DNA of 39,900 bases from an uncultured delta proteobacterium (lineage in GTDB: Bacteria; Desulfobacterota; Binatia; Bin18): positions 1-39,900 of the forward strand of contig CAVTCR010000054.1 of NCBI GenBank assembly GCA_963733195.1. Reading direction: 5' to 3'. The number at the start of each line of letters is the position of its first letter. The stretch's first letter is position 1. This document shows positions 1 to 8,744 of this stretch, piece after piece. The notes under the pieces are model-generated. The model was not told the DNA's origin. It did not search any database and worked only from the letters and a program-made list of their open reading frames with translations. The translations under genes were made by a program, and so were the position numbers.

Positions 1-52
1 AAGCAAGAAGTCGCTCAATTCCGTAAACCTCTATAATCCCCAAGTGCTTTTT

Positions 53-210
53 TCATTTCATCTGCTCAATAGGTGAAGGCAACGATTCGTAGTACAGCGC
101 TACGTCGCGTATTTGCTTCGGGGTTAGCCCGGCGGCAGCTCGGCGCATGATGGGAGCATAGGCCGTCCCACCACGAACGTTCTTCTGGAAAATTTCGAGC
201 TGCAGGACGA
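53..210 (-). pseudogene. C-terminal fragment of a c4-type cytochrome c
   Basis: LQLEIFQKNVRGGTAYAPIMRRAAAGLTPKQIRDVALYYESL resembles the C-terminal helices of class I/c4 cytochromes with the axial Met. There is no CxxCH, and the upstream sequence is transposase. Confidence 0.55.
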
Positions 211-555
211 GATTGAAGGTAGCCAGCGTAAAGGCCAGCCGTGTTTGCAAGGTAGCCCACGTCCGATGAGCGACTTTCTTCAAATGACAGACGCCATGGA
301 TCATCGAGAGCACGGTCTTGACCAACATCCGGGTATTCCACAAGCCGCGATCACACAGTTTGAGATTTGTCGGACCGTCCTCTCTGGCATGGAGGCCGAA
401 TCACTCAAGACAATCCTCTCCTCTTCATGGGTCGCAATCAGGAGATGAAAAGCGGTATCGGTCGCATTGGCCCCCGCACAATCCCAGCCGACGACCAACC
501 CCAACTGATTGAGCAACAGACAGAGTTTACCGCCCACAATCCAGCATTGAGTGTT
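205..555 (-). mobile_element. Truncated, frameshifted DDE transposase remnant
   Basis: WIVGGKLCLLLNQLGLVVGWDCAGANATD...IVLSD (ORF 301..735), followed in another frame by WNTRMLVKTVLSMIHGVCHLKKVAHR...RLAFTLATFNL (ORF 53..343). The 5' part is missing. Confidence 0.6.
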
Positions 556-576
556 TTCTCTATAGTGGGAACTTTT

Positions 577-591
577 TGGCATCGCCTTTGC
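577..591 (+). promoter_or_regulatory. sigma-54 -24/-12 promoter candidate (pyruvate oxidase-like gene)
   Basis: TGGCATCGCCTTTGC = GG-N10-GC, about 110 bp upstream of ATG 699. Confidence 0.65.
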
Positions 592-698
592 GTCACTCTT
601 CACGTGGGGCAACACATTACGAGAGTGAGGACACAGTATTTGCGGGGACATTTTGTCACCAGTGAGAAAATCCCCGCACGAGGCCACAGGAGTAATCA

Positions 699-2448
699 AT
701 GACACATACCGCCGCCGCAACATTACTAGACACACTTTGTGATTGGAATGTCGAAGTCATCTTTGGACTTCCAGGAGATGGCATTAACGGGCTGATGGAA
801 GGCCTACGTCAACGGCAAGACCGGATTCGCTTTATCCAAGTGCGTCACGAAGAGTCTGCGGCCCTAATGGCATGCGGCTACGCGAAGTACACCGGTAAAC
901 TCGGTGTGTGCCTGGCCACTTCTGGTCCTGGAGGCCTCCACCTCCTCAATGGCTTATACGATGCCAAGCTTGATGGGCAACCAGTCCTCGCCATCACCGG
1001 TCATCATTATCATGATCTCATTGACACCCATGCGCAGCAGGACGTTGACCTTGATCGGGTGTTCATGGATGTGGCGGTCTACAATGCAAGAATCATGGGG
1101 CCGAGTCATGTCGAGCAAGTAACTAACCTAGCCTGTCGTACCGCGTTGAGCCGTCGTGGAGTGGCGCATATTAACTTCCCAGTCGATCTGCAAGAACAGG
1201 AAGACGGTGAACATTCGAAACGAGCGGTTCCTGGTCATACGGCGGCGATTTGCGCCCGTCGTGCAGGACTTCCGAATGCAGAGGATGTGCAGCGCGCAGC
1301 CCACGTACTGAACGCCGGCAAGAAGATCGCCATCTTAGTTGGTCAAGGCGCACTTCACGCAACAGATGAACTCGAACAAGTTGCAGAAAAACTCGGCGCC
1401 CCTATTATCAAGGCCCTGCTCGGGAAAGCCGCAGTCCCGGACGAGAGTCCATATACGACCGGAGGCATAGGCTTGTTGGGCACCCGCCCCTCACAGGACG
1501 CACTGGAGGCGTGTGATACTTTACTCATGGTTGGGACCTCGTTTCCCTACATCGAATTTCTGCCGAAGCCCGATCAGGCGCGCGCTGTGCAAATCGATGT
1601 CGATCCCATGCGTATCGGACTTCGTTATCCGGTAGAGGTCGGACTCGCGGGCGATAGCCAGCAAACTCTGCAGGTTTTGCTGCCGTGGTTGGAGCGGAGC
1701 GCGGACCGCAGCTTTTTGGCAGACGGCCCAGGCTGGCATGAGAGAATGGTGGGCATTGATGGAGGAACGTGGCACCCGGCAAGACATGCCGATGAAACCG
1801 CAAGTAGTGGCTTGGGAGCTGGGGAAGCGACTCACAAACACCGCGATCGTCTCTTCCGACTCCGGCACGATCGCGACATGGTTTGCGCGGCAACTGCCAG
1901 TGAAGCGCGGACAGATGTACTCCCTATCAGGGACGCTCGCGACGATGGCGAATGGCTTGCCCTATACCATTGCCGCGCAGGTAGCGTATCCCGACCGACA
2001 GTGTATTGCCTTTGTCGGAGATGGGGGTTTCTCGATGCTAATGGCCGAGTTTGCTACCGCAGTGAAGTATCAGTTGCCGATCAAAGTTATCATCATCAAG
2101 AATAACACTCTGGGCATGATCAAGTGGGAACAGATGGTGTTTTTGGGAAATCCAGAATATGGCTGCGAGCTGCAACCGATTGACTTTGCCGCCTTCGCTC
2201 GCGCGTGCGGGGGCACGGGATTGACCATCGAAAAGCCGTCCGAGTGTGGGACGATCTTGGATCAAGCGTTGGCTACGCCTGGCCCAGTGATTATCGAAGC
2301 TGTTGTCGATCCATTCGCACCGCCGATGCCGGCGAAGATTACCGTAGAACAGGCAACGAACTTTGCCAAATCGCTCGCCCGGGGCGAACCAAATCGCACG
2401 CAGATTGCCTGGACAGTGTTGTCGGACAAAGTGCGCGAACTCATATGA
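699..2448 (+). CDS. Thiamine pyrophosphate-dependent pyruvate oxidase/dehydrogenase (PoxB/CidC-like); one frameshift near 1718
   Basis: IFGLPGDGIN, VRHEESAA, ATSGPGGLHLLNGLYDA and the TPP motif GDGGFSM...NN. ORFs 699..2105 and 1738..2448 join if one G is removed in TTTTTGGCAG. Confidence 0.9.
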
Positions 2449-2473
2449 GGTAAGCGCTCAGCTAATCAGCTCT

Positions 2474-2488
2474 TGGCGTAGAGCTTGC
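2474..2488 (+). promoter_or_regulatory. sigma-54 promoter candidate with no long ORF immediately downstream
   Basis: TGGCGTAGAGCTTGC = GG-N10-GC. Confidence 0.4.
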
Positions 2489-2905
2489 TCGTTGCACTCG
2501 CTCTAATGAAATTTGACAGGCAAGTACGGAAATATTACCTAAGAACAGGGGTGCCACGCAGCTTGCTGCCGTGCCTCACAGCGACAAGTCGCCAGTCCCT
2601 TTCTAGAGAGGCTGGGAGGAGCAGAGAGCTTTGCAACGTTCCGTCACGAGAGCGAGCTGAAGCGAGCTTGAAAGCTGATCGCTAAACGTTTACAGAGTGT
2701 AGTCTTTGCCACATATCTGGTGTGAGGGTCTCACCACATTTGTGGTTTCCGCGATCCCTACAACAACCCTGCCAATAAGCTGACATCCGCCACACTCTTT
2801 CTGTCTCTTTCATGCTTCATTTTTTCATTGTCACCCGCGGCATCTAAGCGCACTGCTAGATTGACCTTTGTCCAAGGACCACGCAAGATGACAAAGGAGG
2901 AAGGG

Positions 2906-3040
2906 ATGCCAGGGCAGGGACGTGGGATTGGAAGATTGAGGCGCGCAGTGACAGCGGTCGAAAAGGAGATTGCTTACAACGATTTTGAAACAGCCGCGTC
3001 AGGCAGGAATTCCAAGCAGCTCACCGCAAGGGCCGCCTGA
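2906..3040 (+). CDS. Hypothetical small protein (44 aa)
   Basis: Strong SD AAGGAGG upstream of ATG 2906; no recognisable family. Confidence 0.3.
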   Translation: MPGQGRGIGRLRRAVTAVEKEIAYNDFETAASGRNSKQLTARAA

Positions 3041-3126
3041 CAGAAAGCGAAGCTGACCTACGTGGGTAGCATACGGTTTGGCTTCGCACCGCACGGCATC
3101 TATCACTGCAGTAAACTGAGGCGTCG

Positions 3127-3303
3127 ATGAAAAAGAAGCAGCGGAAATCCCAGCAGATAGAGACCGAATCTACGGTCATTCGTAAGCCTCTGCGGAAAAT
3201 ACAAGAAACCAAAGATGGTGGGCTTATCCTTGCTGACCGAGATGCCGTTGAGCCTTTTCTTACCCCGACGACCCCACGGTCCGTCACCAAGAAGGTAGCA
3301 TAG
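3127..3303 (+). CDS. Hypothetical small basic protein (58 aa, MKKKQRKSQQIE...SVTKKVA)
   Basis: GAGG upstream of ATG 3127, open to TAG 3301-3303; below the ORF-track length cut-off. Confidence 0.4.
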   Translation: MKKKQRKSQQIETESTVIRKPLRKIQETKDGGLILADRDAVEPFLTPTTPRSVTKKVA

Positions 3304-3410
3304 CGGCGGCCTGATGTGTGAGGCACGGTTCATGTCCTTGTGTGGTGTGACCACCACGCCTAGCGTACCGCGCTGTAGGCGACTCGTAATGACAGACAAC
3401 CCTAGCTTAA

Positions 3411-3630
3411 CGCCATTCCTCTATAGCCTACAGCCTCTGGTCTATAGCCTTTGGTTCCCCCTACTGAATGCTGACTACTGGCTACTTTCCTCAGTCCTCA
3501 TTCTACATTTCTTCGCCTCGCCCGCTCACCCACTCGCCGTTTCGCCCCTTCTTCTTTCAGTTGACTCCCAGACTCTTAGACTCCCAGACTTCCCCTCATC
3601 CATCATTCTGTATTCATCGTTCATCATTCT
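3411..3630. repeat. Patchwork of degenerate 7- and 8-mer tandem repeats
   Basis: ctatagc-ctacagc, ctgacta-ctggcta, cagactcc/cagactct/tagactcc and tcatcgt-tcatcat units between convergent gene ends. Confidence 0.6.
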
Positions 3631-5245
3631 TCTTCTCTTCCCCTTTATATCACTAATTGTGAAATAAAAGATCGCTCCTTCGCCGGGCCGCGACTCCACC
3701 CAGATGCGCCCACCGTGCTGCTCGACGATCTTCTTGCAGATCGCCAGCCCGATGCCCGTGCCCGCATACTCGCTGCGGGTGTGCAGGCGCTGGAACACCT
3801 GAAAGATCCGCTCGGCGTGCTGAGGGTCAAGGCCGATGCCGTTGTCGCGTATGGCAAATCGCCAGTGATTGCCGTCCCGCTGGGCGGAGACGTGAATGTG
3901 CGGTGGGTTCTTTGCCACGAAACTTGAGCGCGTTGCCGATGAGATTCTGCAACACTTGCCCTAAGCGGGTGGCGTCGCCGTGGACGGTGGGCAAGGGCTC
4001 ATGCGTAATCTCGGCCTTGGCGTCGGCAATGGCCATCTGCAGGTCGGTGCAGGACGCGGGCCAGCAACGCCTCGCCGTCTACCGAGGCGAACGCCTGCGG
4101 TTGACCGCCCGTGCGGATGTAGGTCAAGAGGTCGGTGAGCATTTGCTGCATGCGCCGCGCGCCGTCCACGGCAAAGCGCGATATACTCGTCGGCATCGGC
4201 GTCGAGTTTTCCTTGATAGCGTTGCGCGAGGAGCTGCACGAAGTTGGTGATCATGCGCAGGGGCTCGCCGAGGTCGTGGGAGACGATGTAGGCGAACTGC
4301 TGCAGCTCGGCGTTGACACGTTGCAGATCGACGGCTTGACGAACGAGTTCGGCCTGGGCCTGCTTGCGCTCAGTGATGTCGCGGGCGATCTTCGACGCGC
4401 CGATGATCGTGCCGTGCGCATCCCGGAGCGGCGAAATGGTGAGGGATACGTCCAGCAAACGCCCATCCTTGGTCCGGCGCACGGTCTCGAAGTGGTCCAC
4501 ATGCTCGCCCTGCCGCAGGCGCTCCAGAATCATGCGCTCTTCGTCTTGCCGATCCTCCGGCAGTAGGCGCAGAATCGACTGCCCGATCATCTCCTCCGCC
4601 CGGTAGCCGAAGATGCGCTCCGCGGCGGCATTCCAGCTGGTCACTACGCCGTCCAGGGATTTGCTGATAATCGCGTCATCTGAGGATTCGACGATCGCCG
4701 CCAGCCGCAGACGGGCCTCTTCCGCCTGCTTGCGGGCGGTGATGTCTGTAAAGATCACAGCGACGCGACGATGCGTGTCGTCTTCGACCCGAAAGGCGTA
4801 GAGGTCCAACACGCGCCTTTGGGTAACGAGTCTCGAGTTCAAACCTTATCGGCTCGCTGGTGCTGAGAACGGTGTCATACGTATCGAACCATTGCTCAGG
4901 TTCGCCCGGAAACGCTTGCCCGATGGTTTTCCCGACCACACCACTCACGCCGGAGTGCGCCGCGAATGCCGGGTTGGCTTCGACATAGCGAAAATCCACC
5001 GGCTCACCCGCTTCACCCTCCACCTTCTCGATGACGCAAAAGCCTTCGTCAATCGAGTTGAACAGCGTGCGGTATTTTTCTTCGCTTTCGCGAAGGGCTG
5101 CCTCGGTCTGCTGCAAACGGAGGAGCAGCACCTGGGTATCGCCGACTACCGCGTCTACCTCCCCGCTGCGAAGGGCTTGCAGGAGCGTCTCTGCCTGGTC
5201 CAGGCGGGCCCGGAGTTCCTGATGGGTCAAATGCTCGGTACTCAT
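3526..5245 (-). CDS. PAS-PAS sensor histidine kinase downstream of kaiB (several frameshifts)
   Basis: Starts [35 protein letters not shown] with an ATGA overlap on the kaiB stop. Contains [18 protein letters not shown]-box [12 protein letters not shown]-box [15 protein letters not shown] and [24 protein letters not shown], spread over 4-5 ORFs. Confidence 0.85.
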
Positions 5246-5545
5246 CGCTTCTCCTTGGCGAGCCGCAGCGCGGCGAGGACTTTTGGCGTATCGCTCAGGT
5301 TGCCCACAATTGTGACCCGGGGCGGAGGCGACACGCGGATCAGGGTCGGGGTCACCACGACCCCGTTTTTCCGTGCGGGCGTGAATCTGTAGGACGTCAA
5401 AGATGACGACCTCGCAGCGTCCCTGCAGGTACTCCTCACAGATTTGGGCGAGGTTCTTCCTGGCCTGGAGCGAGTTGCGGCCTGTCTCCGGCCACAAAGA
5501 GCAAGAACACCGCCTCTCGCCACCCGGCGTGCCCTGGGCCGGCAT
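5242..5545 (-). CDS. kaiB: KaiB-family protein (frameshifted)
   Basis: NSLQARKNLAQICEEYLQGRCEVVIFDVL and GVVVTPTLIRVSPPPRVTIVGNLSDTPKVLAALRL match the KaiB pattern; adjacent to kaiC. Confidence 0.85.
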
Positions 5546-5562
5546 GCTTCCCTGTTCCGCGC

Positions 5563-7091
5563 TTATCGTGCTTTTCCCCGGCCGCTCGCGCCGTTCTTTG
5601 GCTTGTCCCCCTGTCCTCCTCTTCCCGCCGGACGTGCCAGGCCCGGTGCCGTCATCGCCGCTGTATGCGCCCAGTACCTCAATGCCGTGATCGGTGATGC
5701 GGTACTCGTAGAACCGATTTCGAGGCGGCCGCGCCGCGCGTCTTCCGCACCAGCAGCGTACGGCGGAGCGCGTGGTCGCTTTCTTCGGAGCGCAACAGCA
5801 CGACGCTGTCCGCCAGGTACGAGATGCCGAAGCCGGCGACTCATTTTCCTCCCCAACCCAGGTGATCTGGTTAGTGAAGAGGCAGGTGAGCACCGCTCGT
5901 CTTTGCACGCGTGGAGGAGCCGTACGGCGTACTCAAGGCGGCCTGCGCGGTGCCCATGCGCAACGTGGCCGACAGCGAATCGAGCACGACCAGGTGCGGC
6001 TGGTACGCCCTGATCGCGCGGAGGGCGCGGAACAGATGTTCTCGACCCCCATCGCCTCGGGCAGGGCAGTGAGAAAACGGAGGGTCTCCGCCTGCAGGGC
6101 GGGCCGCAGGTCAATGCCCGGGCTGAGCATGTTGGCGATGATGGCGCCTTCTGACTCCTCGAACGCGATGAAGAGAGCTTTTTCGCCCCGGGCGAGACGC
6201 CTGGAGGACCGAACTCGCCAGGGTGTTCTTGCCGATCCGGGCGCCCCGCTGACCAGGACGGAGGCGCCGCGCCGGTAGCCTCCCCCCAGCACCGTGTTGC
6301 AGCCCAGGGGTGCCGCTCGACACCAGTTCGCCCAGGCGGTTGCTGCACCAATTCTACCGCCGAACTGGGCAGGATGTGGACACCATCCTCCGCGATGACG
6401 TAGGGGTACTCATTGCGGCCGAAGCCGGAGCCGCGATACTTGAGCACCTGCAGCCGGCGCGCGGTGACCTGGGCGGCGACGCGTTGATCGAGCTTGATCA
6501 CGCATCCGCTAGGAAGTCAAGGAAGGTATAGCTCGGGTGAGCCTCGCTCCGGCGACCTCCTTTAGGGTGAGGATCGCTGTCATCCCCTGAGTTGAGGAGC
6601 CAGCGGTGGAGCGCGTAGAGCTCCTTGCGTTCGCGCCGCGGATCATCGAAGAGGCGGGTGAGCATGTCCACCGCATCGAGCACGACCCGCTTGGCCCCCA
6701 AGGCCTGGGCTTGCCCGCCGATGACCGCGAGCAGGGCTTGCAGGTCGAAGTCTCCGGAGAGGACTGCGGCCGGATCGAGGAACCCTTCGAGCAGAGAGAT
6801 CTCCTTCCTGCTCCAGGGACGCCAAGTCCCAGCCCAGGGTGAGGGCATTCTGGCGCACGGCTGCGGCCCCTTCCTCGAAGATGACCAGGATACCCGGCTC
6901 CCGGCCACGGCCCCGCGATAGAGGACTCTAGGGCCATGCTGCTCCGCCGCATCCTGGGCCGCCCCAGAGGAGCGTGGTGCGCCCTCTGGGAGGCCACCGT
7001 GTAAAACGACATCCAGCCCGTCGACACGGCTGGCCACCTTCGGCAGCGCGACGACTTGGCGGGGTTCCCTTATAATCTCCTCAGGAGGCAT
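5563..7091 (-). CDS. kaiC: Double-domain KaiC-family ATPase (heavily frameshifted; 3' end uncertain)
   Basis: CI: GLDVVLHGGLPEG, GGPGCG, FEE, KRVVLDAVD, RRLQVLKYRGS. CII: LGGGYRRGASVLVSGAPGSGK, AFEES, GISYLADSVVLLR, YEYRITDHGIEV. Assembled by hand across frames. Confidence 0.85.
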
Positions 7092-7096
7092 AGGCT

Positions 7097-7840
7097 TTAT
7101 CCCTCATGAAAATGATGCATGCGAGATGCAGAATGATGAATGAGAAGAGCAGGTAAAAGCGGGTGCTGTTTGCCATCATATGTTCCTTCTGTCAGAGGAC
7201 ATTTTTCTTTTTTAGTGTCTGAAGAGTTTCTCATCTGCTTCTCCTCGCGCTCGCGCAGCAGCTCTTTGACCCCCTGTCCCACCTGTTGGAGGAAGTCGTC
7301 GAGCCCTGAGGGCTTGTGGATGTAGCGCGTCACCTCCAGCAGCGTCGCACGCTGTCGATCGGCCGGTGCCGACTCGGTGCCGGTGCCGGAGAGGAGGATG
7401 CAGACGGCGTTCCCGTCCTGGTCGGCGGCTAGCGAGCGGAAGAACCCATCGATGGACGTGCGGCGCGCGTTGGGCTCAACGGGTGGTGACTCCACGTGCA
7501 GCACGCCGCCCTCGATCGTCAGCGTGGCATCGGGCGGGATCACGTAGATGTGGTCGGGCGCGACCGGCGTTTCCGCCGCGACCTGCCGCACGGGCATGCG
7601 GGTGTACTTGGCGAGCAGTTCGGGCAAGAGGCTCGCGCGGTCGGGGGCGAGGTGCTGGACGAGCACGAAGGCCATGCCGCTCTGCGGCGGCATGTGGATG
7701 AAGAACTGCTCGAACGCCTCCAGGCCGCCCGCGGACGCGCCCATGCCGACCACGAGACAGCCGGGCTGCGGCGCGGCCTGTTCCCGCGTCTCCTCGGCAT
7801 TTTCAGAGGCCGGTGATGATCCTCGGTTGTCTCCGTTCAC
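7097..7840 (-). pseudogene. Chimera: N-terminal CheB methylesterase fragment fused to the C-terminal end of a receiver domain
   Basis: VGMGASAGGLEA, VQHLAP, YVIPP and ILLSGTGT (CheB), then an abrupt switch to ESAPADRQRATLLEVTRYIHKPSGLDDFLQQVGQ (receiver alpha4-beta5-KP-alpha5). SD GAGGAG precedes GTG 7840. Confidence 0.75.
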
Positions 7841-8157
7841 AGGATCTCCTCATGTAAGGTGCTCGCGATGGTCATATAGTAGGTCTTCTAAATCATTTGT
7901 GAAGATGAGCCCATTTTGCAACAAAGAGTTACCTTGAGACCATAAACGTCCTGTTCTCAAGGTTTGGTGTATATCTGTCTTTATTATTACTGCACAGCCC
8001 GCTTCATACCCCAGCAACATTTTTATCCATAAGACTCCCTATGCAAGAGGGATGAGCGTTGCAGGAGTGCACAACAAATCTCATCTGATCTTTGCAGTTC
8101 GGCATTGACGAGAAGCGTCCTTTCCATTCCACGCCTCATATTCAGGTAGACAAAATT

Positions 8158-8454
8158 CTAGTGCTTGCATCGCAAAAGATTCTGATGGGATCGATATCGT
8201 CATGTCCGCGCAAGCTGGCATCCAGGAGAATTAAGCATTTTCCGTTAGGCCCCTTCTCCGAACTGCTCTGCTCGCCAGGAATGACGAGACCTGAAAAGCA
8301 TTGCGATGGAACACTACATCATACCAATCCTCATGTCTGGATGCCCGCCTGCGCGGGCATGACGCTTGTCCTTCGCGTCATTCGGCAGGACGGCTAGAGT
8401 GAGGGGGCCGTAGGTAACGTGGTACCCATCAGAATCAATGCGATGGAACACTAG
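8158..8454. mobile_element. MITE/REPIN-like element (about 297 bp) with CTAG-terminated imperfect terminal inverted repeats
   Basis: Left end ctagtgcttgcatcgcaaaagattctgatggg; reverse complement of right end ctagtgttccatcgcattgattctgatggg. An internal inverted pair of REP-like palindromes lies at 8198-8225 and 8337-8364. Confidence 0.6.
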
Positions 8455-8510
8455 TCTTTTTCACTTCCTCTTCTTGGAGCGCCAGAGATAAGTGTTATTT
8501 GTCGCCTCTT

Positions 8511-8525
8511 TGGCATTAGGATTGC
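8511..8525 (+). promoter_or_regulatory. sigma-54 promoter candidate (katE)
   Basis: TGGCATTAGGATTGC = GG-N10-GC. Confidence 0.7.
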
Positions 8526-8565
8526 GTCTTCCGGTGCGGGGGAAGAAATTTTCGACCTACACACC

Positions 8566-8679
8566 ATGCAAGTCTTTCAAATACAACACATTATCGAGAT
8601 CGGATACAGAACGTTAAGCGAAAAGTTTCTCGAAAGTGTTGCTTTTTCTCACATCCATTGCGAGGTTTTCGCTACGTGA
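8566..8679 (+). promoter_or_regulatory. Conserved 5' leader element, copy 1 (putative structured RNA or uORF)
   Basis: Homologous to 24079-24190; hairpin GCGAAAA...CTCG...CGAG...TTTTCGC at 8618-8672. Confidence 0.5.
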
Positions 8680-8744
8680 TGCTAGCCTCCTTTTGCATCT
8701 AACTGGAAGTGAAATGTAGAGAACATAAGAAAAGGAATAAAGTT

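Noticed and set aside
1700-1740. Programmed frameshifting in the pox-like gene (also the hybrid kinase, CHAD, USP and cysteine hydrolase)
   Set aside because: These are single-base indels in many unrelated genes with no shared slippery signal; sequencing error is more parsimonious.
2708-2746. NrdR boxes as a firm annotation
   Set aside because: The match is partial, the spacing is 23 bp, and no ribonucleotide reductase or related gene is downstream.
3411-3630. CRISPR array or coding repeat
   Set aside because: Units are 7-8 bp and heterogeneous, with no repeat-spacer structure and no cas genes. ORF 3314..3667 and the kinase tail MMNDEYRMM... are read-through of these repeats.
4676-5908. 410-aa ORF appearing to fuse the KaiC end, KaiB and the kinase start
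   Set aside because: It drifts in and out of homologous frames. KaiB has its own stop overlapping the kinase ATG, so the fusion is most simply a product of indels.
5242-7091. A true circadian clock
   Set aside because: There is no kaiA, the phospho-site is SY, and oscillation cannot be inferred from sequence.
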